Below, piece after piece: positions 34,825 through 46,959 of a stretch of 55,177 bases of DNA. Both the position numbers and the translations under genes were made by a program. This stretch comes from a virus (taxonomy: Duplodnaviria > Caudoviricetes): IMG/VR virus record IMGVR_UViG_3300034101_000800, positions 1-55,177 of that record. The stretch is one strand, 5' to 3'. Position 1 is the first letter of the stretch. Each line of letters begins with the position of its first letter. The notes beneath the pieces were generated by a model. That model had not been told where the DNA came from and ran no database searches. It worked only from the letters and a program-made list of their open reading frames with translations.

Positions 34825-37005
34825 TTACACCTTTGGTTTCTTTGGTGCTTTGGGAGCAGCAGGTTTTGCGCCAGGAATACTTGGTGCCTGAGGAACCATT
34901 GGTGGTGGGGCCTTGTCCGGTTCGATGGGATCGAAAATGGAGTTGATTTGCTCCCGTGTAAGCGAGGGAAATGCAGCATCCACAAGTGCTTTGCCTGCTT
35001 CTTTGGGCAGTAGTCCCATTTTCACATTGGTAACAATGGTGAGCAGACTCTCCACTTGCGCTCCGTTCAAAGCAGTATCTTGTACTGCGGTTGTCTCACC
35101 TCCACCTGCGACTTTTGGTTCTCCGTTAGTAGCAGATGTTTGTGTTTCTTGCGGAGCATTTGGATCGTTAGGATCAGCACTCATTGACGGATCTTTCTCT
35201 GAACCAATAGAGTCTAGGCCGGAATCTACATCTTTGGTGACATCGCTAGGGCTTTGATCGTATCCCATACCGTATGCCTTTGCACCACCAAGTGCCCTGA
35301 TAAGATCAGGACTGGGTTCTGGCTTGATACCCAACGCTTTCTCTGCTTCGATTTCTTTATCCATGGCAGCAATCTCCGATGGATTTTGTTGCAGGATATT
35401 CCTACGAATGTATCCAAGTGAGTAGTATTTGCCAATGTACTTGTCTATAGTTTCAAGAGCATCAATGCGGGTCTTGATTTGAGCGGTATCGCGCTCGCCT
35501 CCGATTATGCCTTCTTTCTTTTCATTGGTCACTTGTCCATCCAATTCTGCAACCAACTCTTCGGGTTGCATAAGAATGTTCTTACGAACCCATGCAGTAG
35601 AGAAGTATCGTCCCACATAGTTGTCTACACCGTTCAACAACTCTAGTCTGCTCTTCATAATTTCAGCATTCTTCAACTCAGTAAAGTGAGAATCCCGCAG
35701 ATAGTCCAAGTGTATCTTGAACTCGATATCAGGCCACTCTTCTGGGCGAATGATTTTCTTTAGCGTTAATTGTCTACGCAGAATCTGTAAGAACAATCCA
35801 TTAAACTTGCTGCGTAGTTTGCTGACAAATTTAGAGAACTTTAGTTCATCGCGGGTAATTTCGCTTGAGCGACCAAGGTTAAAGCCGTTGCTACTTTCTA
35901 GACGAGAAATAGGAACATTCAGCGAGCGATAGAGTTTCTTCTTGAAGTACTCTACATCTTGCATCTCGCTGAGATTCTGCCCGCCTGGTAGAGTTTGAAT
36001 CTCTGTGCCCTTTCCACCTTCGCGCCGAGGTAGCCAGTAGTCTTCAAGCATACTCATGTGGCGCTTTTCATCCCTGAGTTCTCCTGTTGCAGCATCGTAT
36101 ACCAGTTTGTTACGATACTTGTTCATCAGGCTTCTCATGTACTCTTCTGCCTTCATCTTTGGCAGAGAACCGATGTCGATATAGAAAATGCGGCGCTCAG
36201 GAGCGCGAGATATGCGATAGATCACAACAGCGTCTTCAATCATACGCAACTGGTTTAGTGGTTTAATCGCCTTGTGCAAGTAACTGATGATGAGTTTTTT
36301 CTGCGGATCAAATAGTCCCGAGTTAATGTACGAGATAGACTCAGGACTAATCTTGACTGCTTGACCTGTTCCCATGCCTGGTTTAGTTTCAGGGGTAAAC
36401 AAGAAGTATTCAACCACATCACCGATCAGGTCGATGTTGGTGCCTGGTTGTTTTTCTTTCTTGATCTCTTGAACTTTGCGGATGTTGATGGGATCGACAA
36501 ATCGCAACTCTTGAATGCCTTTGACTTGCTGTGTAGGATCGACAATCATGTGGAAGTAGATACGGCCATCCACATACCACTTACGGAAGATTTCATATCC
36601 GCGATTGTTGAAGTCAAGCATTCTAAGGATCTTGTCAAACTCATTACGGATAGCATCTTTTACTTTGTCGGGCATGTCTACATCATCAAGAACCAATCGA
36701 ACTGTTGGAGTGCCTTCTTCGGTTACGATTGCTTCGTTAATGATATCATCCACGGCGCTTTCAATTTCGCCGTGGTTAATCATGGTTCGATACTGAGCAA
36801 TTTGTGCGTTTTCATCTCTGATTTGACCGTCAAGGTCCAGAGTAGACGCATAAAAACCTGACGGTGCAATCTCTACCGATGCAGTTCCGTCACCGGCATT
36901 AGGGGCGACAACAGATTTTAGTCTGCTGTCGCCCCCGCTCGATAGTTCGCCGTTATCCCTACGCCGTCTTCCTAAAGGAAAACCAAACAGGTCGCTCAAA
37001 GCCAT
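34825..37005 (-). CDS. gp20: Portal protein with long C-terminal extension
   Basis: FRKWYVDGR, YLHKAIKPLNQLRMIEDAVVIYRISRAPERRIFYID and EDYWLPRREGGKGTEI. Confidence 0.98.
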   Translation of the reverse strand: MALSDLFGFPLGRRRRDNGELSSGGDSRLKSVVAPNAGDGTASVEIAPSGFYASTLDLDGQIRDENAQIAQYRTMINHGEIESAVDDIINEAIVTEEGTPTVRLVLDDVDMPDKVKDAIRNEFDKILRMLDFNNRGYEIFRKWYVDGRIYFHMIVDPTQQVKGIQELRFVDPINIRKVQEIKKEKQPGTNIDLIGDVVEYFLFTPETKPGMGTGQAVKISPESISYINSGLFDPQKKLIISYLHKAIKPLNQLRMIEDAVVIYRISRAPERRIFYIDIGSLPKMKAEEYMRSLMNKYRNKLVYDAATGELRDEKRHMSMLEDYWLPRREGGKGTEIQTLPGGQNLSEMQDVEYFKKKLYRSLNVPISRLESSNGFNLGRSSEITRDELKFSKFVSKLRSKFNGLFLQILRRQLTLKKIIRPEEWPDIEFKIHLDYLRDSHFTELKNAEIMKSRLELLNGVDNYVGRYFSTAWVRKNILMQPEELVAELDGQVTNEKKEGIIGGERDTAQIKTRIDALETIDKYIGKYYSLGYIRRNILQQNPSEIAAMDKEIEAEKALGIKPEPSPDLIRALGGAKAYGMGYDQSPSDVTKDVDSGLDSIGSEKDPSMSADPNDPNAPQETQTSATNGEPKVAGGGETTAVQDTALNGAQVESLLTIVTNVKMGLLPKEAGKALVDAAFPSLTREQINSIFDPIEPDKAPPPMVPQAPSIPGAKPAAPKAPKKPKV

Positions 37006-37037
37006 AGTAAAATCTCCTCACTATATGTAGACTTCTA

Positions 37038-37619
37038 TTAAGAAGTCGTTATTTCGCCTGCCTCGCCGTCGCGGCCGCTGGGGTTCTGTGGTTGATCGAC
37101 TGTCCACCACGAGTATGCCCATTGAATCTCAAATTCTTCGATAGCATCGTTGCTGTCTGCTGCCAGATCAATAGCAGCAACGCTTGAAGGCCATGCGTGC
37201 TTGAACTTGTAAGTACGCAGTCCTTTGCCATCGACATGGTGCAGTTGTGTTACCGTGATATCGGTGCTGTATCTGCTGATATCAGTTTCACCGATATTTC
37301 CTTCGTGCGAATGGATGGCATTCTGCCATGATTCCATTGCGCGACGAATCTTAAAGTCTGTATCGTTAATGACGGTGGTGTTCCATGTTTCTTCAAACTG
37401 ACGCACACCAGCCACATAGATGCTACGACCACGATACGGAACTGCAACGCGAGTTACTTCTGAAGACGGCAATGATGCCGACTTGCACAGGTAAGTCATC
37501 TTGGTTAGTTCCTGAGTGCCACCAATCTTTGGCGCAGTACCACAGAACACCTCAAAGATGTTTGGGCGCGCGCCTCCGCCTCTTAGGTTTGCTGCAAAAT
37601 CTGTTACTCTAATCGCCAT
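37038..37619 (-). CDS. gp19: Tail tube protein
   Basis: GGARPNIFEV, CKSASLP, VPYRGR, W..TVIND.DF and WP...AIDL...IEEF. Confidence 0.95.
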   Translation of the reverse strand: MAIRVTDFAANLRGGGARPNIFEVFCGTAPKIGGTQELTKMTYLCKSASLPSSEVTRVAVPYRGRSIYVAGVRQFEETWNTTVINDTDFKIRRAMESWQNAIHSHEGNIGETDISRYSTDITVTQLHHVDGKGLRTYKFKHAWPSSVAAIDLAADSNDAIEEFEIQWAYSWWTVDQPQNPSGRDGEAGEITTS

Positions 37620-37648
37620 GTTAGTCTCCTTTAGTTACTTTGAATGGT

Positions 37649-39484
37649 TCAGAAACCACCCGCTACTTCTGAGAAGTCTACACCTGTGCGTGTAGCAACG
37701 AAGTTCAGAGTGATGAAGTTGATCGAACGAGCAGGCTTGATGTAGATGTCTGCAACGAAACGATTGCTGTCGATTACTTCGGGTGTGTTGTTACTTGCAT
37801 CGCATATAACCTTGAAGTCAGTTAGACCTCTGCGACCCTGAACATCCCGTAAGAATGGCTCAACGAGTGTTACAAACGAAGCGCGTGTAAACTCGTCGTT
37901 GAACTCGAACAGTTGGAACTTTGATGCAGTAGCAATCGCCTTTTCTAGCACAATGAACAAGCGACGCACATTGATGCGGTCGAATGCACTTGGCTTGGCA
38001 AGAGCAGTCTTGTCTCCGAAAAGAACTGTGCCCTGGCCAGGGAAGGATACCACAGGATTGATACCAGACTGATACAGTTCGTCGCGCTGAGTCTTGTTGG
38101 GATTATACGCCAACTTGACTACGCGCTTGATCTGACCACGGTTGTATCCTGCTGGCGAGTACCACGGGTCACGGTCAGAGTCTGTCTGAGCGCATAGACC
38201 TGCTGTATCACCGTTCAGCGGCACCCAACGGTACTTGTCGTTGTACGGATCGTACTGATACTTCCAGCCGCTATCGATTACTGCATACGAACTAGACACA
38301 TTGAACTTGGTCTGCGCGTATGTGGCACCTGCGGGTGCGTTACGCCATTCGATTAGACGATCTGTAACAAGTGCTGCATTGGATTGGTCAAAGATATTTG
38401 TGTAAGGTGCGCTTACAAATGCAACGCAGTCCTTACGCTTTTCTGCAATCTGTTGGATAATATCTTTGGCAAGAGTAGTGTGAGTTCCCGATGTGTCTTC
38501 ATCAGAACCAATTGGGGCACCAAGTAGAATCAGCGAAATATCTACTTGTTCAGCGTCGATGAACAGTCCGTATCCGCGTGTTCCATCACTTGAGAAATAA
38601 TCTCCACCTGCGGGTGTTGTTCCATCTGAACCACCAGTTAGACGGTATCCGTCAGTACCCACAACAGTTACAGGGGTTTTGGTAGCAAGTGTGATAACAT
38701 CGTCAATGGTTTCTCCGCTGATGGTTATTTCTTTACCCATCCAAATGTACTGAGAACCACTATTGACTACTGATCGAATGTAGTTTGATGATCCGTCTGG
38801 TTTCTTGGCAGCAGGGAACAGCGATACACCTTCAAATCTCTCAAGTATTGTATTAGCAACACCGGAGATGGCACCTGTACGGTCAACAACACACAGATTG
38901 ATTTCGTCACCGTATACAGCGTTGTCGTGAGCCCAAGCAGAACCACCCGTTAACTGATTTGCTCCTAAACCTTCTACGGAGTTTGGTGCGCGATCAAAGA
39001 TTTGGTTGAAATACAGTCCAGTTTCAGTATAGATGTCTGTTCCTGTTATTTCTCCGTGATCCGCTGAGAGACTGTAAGCGTAAACCGCAATGGCGTTTCC
39101 TAGAGCGCCAGGATATTTGGCAATAAAACCAACTGCCTGGGCGCTTGCTTCCCATGCAGTTTCGTTTGCGATGTATCCTGTTACACCACCTACTCCTCCC
39201 GCACCTGCGTTCAGCGCGGTGGCTGAGTCAACCACACGCACAACTTTCAGATTATTGCCGTAAGACAGGAAGTTTGCAGCAGCAAACCATCCTGCAGCAT
39301 TGGTGTCATTTGGTTTACCAAACACCGACTTGAGTTCGTTTTCGCTTGAGATGGTCAAAATTTCATCGACCGGACCCCAAACGAATTGTCCTGCATACGC
39401 ACCCGCTGAAGCGGACACGGCAGGAATGATGTTTGTAAAGTCAAATTCCTTGATTTCTACGCCTGGACTAAGTTGGAATCCCAT
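37649..39484 (-). CDS. gp18: Tail sheath protein
   Basis: FQLSPGVEIKE, DSGWKYQYD, PWYSPAG, FDRINVRRLF and IKPARSINFI. Confidence 0.98.
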   Translation of the reverse strand: MGFQLSPGVEIKEFDFTNIIPAVSASAGAYAGQFVWGPVDEILTISSENELKSVFGKPNDTNAAGWFAAANFLSYGNNLKVVRVVDSATALNAGAGGVGGVTGYIANETAWEASAQAVGFIAKYPGALGNAIAVYAYSLSADHGEITGTDIYTETGLYFNQIFDRAPNSVEGLGANQLTGGSAWAHDNAVYGDEINLCVVDRTGAISGVANTILERFEGVSLFPAAKKPDGSSNYIRSVVNSGSQYIWMGKEITISGETIDDVITLATKTPVTVVGTDGYRLTGGSDGTTPAGGDYFSSDGTRGYGLFIDAEQVDISLILLGAPIGSDEDTSGTHTTLAKDIIQQIAEKRKDCVAFVSAPYTNIFDQSNAALVTDRLIEWRNAPAGATYAQTKFNVSSSYAVIDSGWKYQYDPYNDKYRWVPLNGDTAGLCAQTDSDRDPWYSPAGYNRGQIKRVVKLAYNPNKTQRDELYQSGINPVVSFPGQGTVLFGDKTALAKPSAFDRINVRRLFIVLEKAIATASKFQLFEFNDEFTRASFVTLVEPFLRDVQGRRGLTDFKVICDASNNTPEVIDSNRFVADIYIKPARSINFITLNFVATRTGVDFSEVAGGF

Positions 39485-39531
39485 GTGTGTCTCCTTTTGT
39501 CAAACGGAAGTTCCGAATGGTTCTGTTCTTG

Positions 39532-39539
39532 TATTTATG
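39532..39539 (-). promoter_or_regulatory. Late promoter CATAAATA upstream of gp18
   Basis: Intergenic match to NATAAATA. Confidence 0.75.
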
Positions 39540-39565
39540 CCTACTCTTACTTTCAGAACAGGCAT

Positions 39566-41167
<1,602 letters not shown>

Positions 41168-41653
41168 TTACTCACTTTGGTCATCAAGCCGTTTGCGCTG
41201 TTCTTCCTTCTGTAGTTTCAAGTATTCTTGTAGGTCTTTAGTGCTTCCCAAATAGATGGCATTATTTGTGATGTTTTGCGCTGTTTGCTTTTCGTGCGCT
41301 GCTATGTGTCTAATGTCTTTCACCCGCTTATGCAGGTCAATCAGACTGTTGTTTGCATCTGCAATCTGACGCATGATGATTGCGGCAACCTCATACGCAC
41401 GGGGTGATTCACCTTCGCTGGCAACTTGTATGATGCCATCAAGAGCAGACTTGCCTACATCAATGAGTTCTTTCAGATTCTTGCGAACCTCGTTGTAGTC
41501 GTTTGCTGCATGGGGGTCTTCTTGTGCAAGAGGATGGGCAGTTTCAGGAACTCGTACTGCAATTGCTTTTACTGGTTTCTCTGCAGATGGAATATCGTTC
41601 TGTATTCCTAGCACCGATGCAAGTTTTTCATCTACGCCTTTGGTTGGTTCCAT
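41168..41653 (-). CDS. gp16: Terminase small subunit
   Basis: DYNEVRKNL, SPRAYEVA and NNAIYLGSTKDLQ. Confidence 0.92.
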   Translation of the reverse strand: MEPTKGVDEKLASVLGIQNDIPSAEKPVKAIAVRVPETAHPLAQEDPHAANDYNEVRKNLKELIDVGKSALDGIIQVASEGESPRAYEVAAIIMRQIADANNSLIDLHKRVKDIRHIAAHEKQTAQNITNNAIYLGSTKDLQEYLKLQKEEQRKRLDDQSE

Positions 41654-41655
41654 AC

Positions 41656-42486
41656 TTACGCTCCTGCATTCCAAGACGGATCAATGTCTTCAAACAATTC
41701 GATATCTTGCCAAACATCGTATGCAGTACCTGTTACAGAAAGCGGTGCATTCGGTCCTGTGGTTCCTTCAACCACAGCACGATCCCATACTCGTACAAAG
41801 TCACGGGTTAATGCTCTTGTCTTTCCTAGATCTGCAAGTTCGTGTGCAGCGGTTTGAGTTTCCAATACAAACTTCGCATCGCGTAGCGGGCCAATGATGT
41901 ATCCTTTTGCTTCAAACGATAAGGTGTACATCATGCTTTTGCCTGCATCAAAGTTTCCTTCGTAGGTATCTTCCCATGTAACAGAATTCAAGGTAATGGG
42001 TAAATCAACTTTCTTGTCGATATCCGTGAAGTTAATACTCACGGTGTACGCCGGAGTAAAATACGGTAGAATCTGTTCAACTATGCGTAGTCCGTTGTCC
42101 ATTGTATCTGGCATAATATACAACTCAAAGGTGAATGTATACGGTACTTCTGCAAACCGATACACCTTTTGCTTATCTGCTGTGGGTGCGCTGGTGTCCA
42201 GTACCTTTTTAGTCATGGTTGTGCGCTTACGACCGCTATCGTATTCCCAATTAATCAAAGCAAATCCCAAGCGGGGTAAAGTCATGTTGAATGTTTGTCC
42301 GCTTTCTATTCTGCTTTCTGCTATACGACGAAGCCATTTCTGTTTTGGTGCGTATGTGAGAGGTATCCTTGCAGCGGGATTCTGTGCGCTATCTCCACCA
42401 ATATAGATGTTGTTGAACAGAGAACCAAATGCAACTACGGTTTTGCGAACACATTGATGATAGAATGGATTGTCGCCGTTAAACAT
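41656..42486 (-). CDS. gp15: Tail sheath stabiliser / terminator
   Basis: FYH..RK.VVAFGSLFNNI, PLTYAPKQK, LPRLGF and EQILPYFTP. Confidence 0.95.
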   Translation of the reverse strand: MFNGDNPFYHQCVRKTVVAFGSLFNNIYIGGDSAQNPAARIPLTYAPKQKWLRRIAESRIESGQTFNMTLPRLGFALINWEYDSGRKRTTMTKKVLDTSAPTADKQKVYRFAEVPYTFTFELYIMPDTMDNGLRIVEQILPYFTPAYTVSINFTDIDKKVDLPITLNSVTWEDTYEGNFDAGKSMMYTLSFEAKGYIIGPLRDAKFVLETQTAAHELADLGKTRALTRDFVRVWDRAVVEGTTGPNAPLSVTGTAYDVWQDIELFEDIDPSWNAGA

Positions 42487-43391
42487 CAGATGTCCTCACT
42501 AAATGGATTGCTCTCGGTAAAGTCTACTATGCGATTCAACTCAATTTCAAAGTCTGCATTCTGATTCACGGTACTGTCTGTTGGACCAACAGATACATCT
42601 GTTGCGGTTTGTGCAGAGTACGACCAAGACGCTCCTGAGTCTGCTCCAACAATGGGAGTGGCACTGGCAGTAAATGCACCAACCACGCGCTCTAGTCGTA
42701 GTACAGCAAGTGTCATACCTGAAGGTGGAGTCCACTTGAGAACTTTGGCAGAAGCAGTACCTTGGGTTACTGTTTCTCCAAGTGCATAGGTTCCTGATCC
42801 AGTTACAAGAGTTACATCCAAAGCAAACTCGGAGTATCCTTGTTCTATACCTGTTCCTGCTGTGTCAATTTCAGTATTGTCTGTCTCGAATGTATCGCCA
42901 GCAGATGTTGCGAGTTCGCAAGAGATACTGTAGACATAGTTCTTACCAAACTGATAGAATGGCTTTTCATGTTCAACAAATTTGATCTCAAATATGCCTT
43001 TGGATAGTGGGAAGTACAAGAGATCGCCTTCTCTTGGACGCTCTGCATTTGCTCCAGGACCATCACCTCCTGTGATGCCGCTGAATTCTTGCTTCCATCT
43101 GCGCTTACTCACTACCAGTTTCATACTGTCGCGCACTTCCAAACCAAACTTTGCAATGAAATCTCCCTCTCCTTCAAAGCCATCCACGCTTTCCACATAC
43201 ATTTCGATTGGTTTACCAATCTTATACACAGATGGTAGCGAGTCTTCTCCGAATATCGTGTCAATCTCAGGAGACTCACGGAACAGATACACAACCTCGT
43301 GTCCGTGAATCTTGATGGTTTCTACCACCAAGTCTTCCACAAGAGTTTGCTCGCTCCGTTCGTATTTGGAGAAGTACGGATTTAGTGCCAT
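42486..43391 (-). CDS. gp14: Neck protein
   Basis: EQTLVEDLVVE.IK, KFGLE, RPREGDLLYFP, FVEHEKPFYQ and DFTESNPF. Confidence 0.95.
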   Translation of the reverse strand: MALNPYFSKYERSEQTLVEDLVVETIKIHGHEVVYLFRESPEIDTIFGEDSLPSVYKIGKPIEMYVESVDGFEGEGDFIAKFGLEVRDSMKLVVSKRRWKQEFSGITGGDGPGANAERPREGDLLYFPLSKGIFEIKFVEHEKPFYQFGKNYVYSISCELATSAGDTFETDNTEIDTAGTGIEQGYSEFALDVTLVTGSGTYALGETVTQGTASAKVLKWTPPSGMTLAVLRLERVVGAFTASATPIVGADSGASWSYSAQTATDVSVGPTDSTVNQNADFEIELNRIVDFTESNPFSEDI

Positions 43392-43392
43392 G

Positions 43393-44145
43393 TTATCCTA
43401 CTATGAAATCGGGAGGAAGTTCAAATGAGGCGCGCATCTCCGCTTCTAGTTTGTCTGCTTCTGCTTTTGCATCCTCGTATATTGCCTTACCATCGAATGT
43501 AACTCCACCAGGCAACTGAATTCCGCTGTACTTGGACAGATTCTGCCCCCATTGCATCTTGACTAATGCGGTAGCATACTTCTTCAAGAAGTGATTGTCG
43601 TACACATCGGGATAGTTGGCTGGATTGACTTGTGAGTACACCTCAAATATCAGATTGGTGCCTACAGGAAAATCAACATCCCATTCAGCGTCAATGAACA
43701 ACTGGTTGGTGATGCGATTCCATCTGATCTGCTTTTCTGGCTCTAGCATCTGCTGAATCAAAGAAAGACGCTGCTGAACTATAGTCCAGTTGGCTAGATC
43801 CATTTCGATCAGGTTGTTGAAGTCTTGCAGGCTGTACTGAAATCTGGCGCCAAACACATTGTCTGTGCTAGTTTGTGATTCTCCACCAATCGGATACATG
43901 TTCACTATCGATAGGATATTGGGATTATCAATAGCGATATACTCCCGATCCATATCGGTTTGGGTGATCGTGTACGGTAGATAAATCCTCTCAACGCCGT
44001 CGTAGTGGTATTCGCCCAAGAACTGAACAGCATCATCAACGCGATCTTCCACCTGAGCGTCATCCACATTGATCTCAATGACAGGCGCGCCTAGTTTACG
44101 GTAGATGTAATCCTTGAGTTTCTTACGAGAATTGACTGTTGCCAT
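43393..44145 (-). CDS. gp13: Neck protein
   Basis: LGAPVIEINVDDAQ and KKYATALVKMQWGQNLSKY..QLPGG. Confidence 0.96.
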   Translation of the reverse strand: MATVNSRKKLKDYIYRKLGAPVIEINVDDAQVEDRVDDAVQFLGEYHYDGVERIYLPYTITQTDMDREYIAIDNPNILSIVNMYPIGGESQTSTDNVFGARFQYSLQDFNNLIEMDLANWTIVQQRLSLIQQMLEPEKQIRWNRITNQLFIDAEWDVDFPVGTNLIFEVYSQVNPANYPDVYDNHFLKKYATALVKMQWGQNLSKYSGIQLPGGVTFDGKAIYEDAKAEADKLEAEMRASFELPPDFIVG

Positions 44146-44195
44146 GGCATATCTCCCGTGGTATGTATGGTTCTGAGATTATGCCAATCTAGCAG

Positions 44196-44558
44196 TTAGT
44201 TGCTGTTTGGTCTGCTTGGTAGTGGAGCAGCAAACATAAACCGCACAGAAGCCATCTCACGAACGGTAAATGCCAGTCCTGCGGCGTCTGCTTCTTCAGG
44301 AAGCAGGGGAACAAAAGATCCTAGATCAGCAGTCGTGGTGTTCAGGTATTCTGCAAACTGCTGAGACAGTTCATCGGGTGACTTTTCTTCTCCATCTGAC
44401 TGCAACGAGTCGCGGAATCTTTCAATAGCGATCAGATGCGGATTCAGCATATCAATGATGTCAACCAACTTGATGGCAACCGCTGCTGAGAATGGTCTAT
44501 TGGCAAGAACATTCAGAGAAGGTGCTGCTTGAAACACTTGTGCATACGAAATCTTCAT
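44196..44558 (-). CDS. Hypothetical protein
   Basis: ORF in the fibre-to-neck operon; ATG 44558 behind AAGGAGA. Confidence 0.7.
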   Translation of the reverse strand: MKISYAQVFQAAPSLNVLANRPFSAAVAIKLVDIIDMLNPHLIAIERFRDSLQSDGEEKSPDELSQQFAEYLNTTTADLGSFVPLLPEEADAAGLAFTVREMASVRFMFAAPLPSRPNSN

Positions 44559-44581
44559 GGTATCTCCTTTAGTTATCACTT

Positions 44582-45106
44582 TCACTGGACCCCGAAAACG
44601 CTGTCAACACCGTTGTTTTTGCGATTTGCGGGGTATTTATTCTTGATATGTATTCGTTGAGACTGTATCTCTTGCACTCTTTGCATAGCCTTTGGGTTTG
44701 ATTCCACGACGAGTTCCCATAGAGCAACAATCAACTCATCGATGCCAGGATACTCTAGTTTTCTCTTTTCTGAATACGGGGTGGTCATTGCGTCTATTAG
44801 CCCGTCAATCTCTGCTGATTCTTCCTGTATGTTATCTGCTATTGCCTTTATGCTTTGAATGTTGGCAATATACTGATCCAGTTGTGGATACGGATGTGGC
44901 GCTCTAACATTGCGGGAGCCATTGTGTTGAAAATGATATCCTTGCTTGGTCTGTGGATCTACTGTATAGCGAACAGATTTGATACCTGTCGGCAAAGTAT
45001 ATTGCGGATCAAAAATCAACAAGGCTTCTAGTGGAATTCTGACTCCGTTTATCGAAATAGTATTGTCGGATCGATGAATAAAGGAATTATGAGTCATTTT
45101 AATCAC
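44582..45106 (-). CDS. Putative fibre-associated / assembly protein
   Basis: C-terminal YSEKRKLEYPGIDELIVALW...IKNKYP resembles small proteins found next to phage fibre genes. Confidence 0.55.
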   Translation of the reverse strand: MIKMTHNSFIHRSDNTISINGVRIPLEALLIFDPQYTLPTGIKSVRYTVDPQTKQGYHFQHNGSRNVRAPHPYPQLDQYIANIQSIKAIADNIQEESAEIDGLIDAMTTPYSEKRKLEYPGIDELIVALWELVVESNPKAMQRVQEIQSQRIHIKNKYPANRKNNGVDSVFGVQ

Positions 45107-46931
45107 TAAGCAGCCAATTAGACACCCCGTTTAGACCGTGGTTAGGAATATGATCGCCAACTTTAGTAATTGCTAAAGTACCATCAGCCTTTGCGTATAC
45201 TGTTCCTTTTGGAAGTGTAAATGTTGCGTTTGGGCCAATCCATCTGCTACTTGCTGCATTCCAAGTGTATCTTCTAATAGAAACTCGACCAGTAGCGTCT
45301 GTGTGAGTGCTGTAAAGTAGTTCTCCATCTGCAGACCCCGATCCTTTGGATCCTGTGGGATTGTTATCTACCCCGTTTACGGTGCTGTTGATTCCGGGCA
45401 AGAAAGGCATGACCAAGAATCCACGAACAAAGGTGTCTCCTGTAGTTGCTCTTACAGTAAATACAGGTGCATTGGAAGCAACTATGTTTCGGTATTCTCC
45501 GTTGGTTACTGCATCGGTTGGATTTGGTGCAATAGTAAACTGCCTTGCAGTTAAATCACTTCTGCTTCCAGTAGTTACTGAGGTGTCATACGATACATCT
45601 CCGTTTTCCAAAAACAACGAGAACTCATCGTTATTGTTGTCTCCTGACTTTACTTTGATTCCACCGCCATCGGGGTGTTTGTTTAGAAAGCCAGCAACAA
45701 AAGAGCCCGGATTTGCATAACCGTTGTCGTAAAACATGCTTCCAAATCCAGGCAAGAATCCAAACCTACCTGTAGATTGAGATGTGCTTACTAGAACTTG
45801 CTGCTGTTTGTCGTAGTAAACGGCCGTTGCGGGATCTCCTGCAGCACCTGTAAGAATAATATCCGCAGGATTTGCAGCAACTGCTCCAAAGAGTCTTGCG
45901 TATGTGGAGCCTCCTGACGCCGTAGAAGGATATCCTTCTTGATCTAGTATTTCCTCAGTATTAGCGTCTGCGGTTACCGGGGCTCCGTCTTCTATCAAGA
46001 ATCCACTAGGTAATAGTCGTGTACCTGCTCCAACGGCCATCTTGACTGCTGGCCAGGTTTGAGATGTGTCTTCGCCAATGACAAATTCGGTTCCGTTCCA
46101 GTCCACTACTGCTTGATGTTGCCTTACTACCTTTAGTAAAGAAAAGTCTACTGCTTGGCCGTTTGGTAGTGAAACTGATTCTACTACCTTGAACGCTTCA
46201 TTTTCCCCACCAGTTCTATTACTGTCTAGTCTGATAGTAAGTCCAGCCGGAGATGATATTTCATTCAGGCCGCCACCTTCTGTAAATGAAGCACCTACAT
46301 TTACACTAACTGTATTGCCTTGTATAGAAATTCCGTCTCCGGCAACCATTATGTCTTCAACCCGAGCAAAATATGTTTCTTTTGTGGTGGGATGTTTTGT
46401 TAGCAACCGCCCTGTTTTAAGACTATTCTGTACTGCATCAAGTTCCGCATCTGTATGTGACTTGATGGGAGTCTTGAAAATCAGGTATTCGGAGGTTGTA
46501 TCTGTGCCCACACCTCCCTGATAGTATTGAATTCTGCCCTTAATGTTTCCAGCCTCTACCCCGTTTCCCCACACCATCATGTTTCCAACCACTTCTAGTG
46601 TGTAGTTGGGCCTTCCACTAGGAAGATTAATACCAAGTCTTATGTCATTTACTTGAGGCACTCCGTTTAAGTTTAAAGAAGCAGCAAGAGTCATGCCTTT
46701 TGCAACTGCATCGGACCAAACAGAAGTTTCTGTTTGGTCTTTAACGGAAACATAAAAATCTAGTACTGCATTCTTGGTGAAGGGATACATGTCTCCGATG
46801 AGAGGTTTAAAGTTAACAAAAGTTCCACCCTGACCAAGAAGCGGATCAAACCTAAGCATATCTCCGGCCTCTGCGCTCGGGGCGTTAATGATACTGCCAG
46901 GTATTGGAATTCGTATTGCGCTGTTTGCCAT
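45099..46931 (-). CDS. Putative tail/neck fibre-like structural protein
   Basis: Gly/Thr-rich; LGIN..P.YTLEVVGN fibre-type motif; late promoter and AAGGAG upstream. Confidence 0.6.
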   Translation of the reverse strand: MANSAIRIPIPGSIINAPSAEAGDMLRFDPLLGQGGTFVNFKPLIGDMYPFTKNAVLDFYVSVKDQTETSVWSDAVAKGMTLAASLNLNGVPQVNDIRLGINLPSGRPNYTLEVVGNMMVWGNGVEAGNIKGRIQYYQGGVGTDTTSEYLIFKTPIKSHTDAELDAVQNSLKTGRLLTKHPTTKETYFARVEDIMVAGDGISIQGNTVSVNVGASFTEGGGLNEISSPAGLTIRLDSNRTGGENEAFKVVESVSLPNGQAVDFSLLKVVRQHQAVVDWNGTEFVIGEDTSQTWPAVKMAVGAGTRLLPSGFLIEDGAPVTADANTEEILDQEGYPSTASGGSTYARLFGAVAANPADIILTGAAGDPATAVYYDKQQQVLVSTSQSTGRFGFLPGFGSMFYDNGYANPGSFVAGFLNKHPDGGGIKVKSGDNNNDEFSLFLENGDVSYDTSVTTGSRSDLTARQFTIAPNPTDAVTNGEYRNIVASNAPVFTVRATTGDTFVRGFLVMPFLPGINSTVNGVDNNPTGSKGSGSADGELLYSTHTDATGRVSIRRYTWNAASSRWIGPNATFTLPKGTVYAKADGTLAITKVGDHIPNHGLNGVSNWLLSD

Positions 46932-46946
46932 GGTTACTCCTTGTGA

Positions 46947-46954
46947 TATTTATG
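46947..46954 (-). promoter_or_regulatory. Late promoter CATAAATA
   Basis: Intergenic match to NATAAATA. Confidence 0.7.
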
Positions 46955-46959
46955 TAGCA

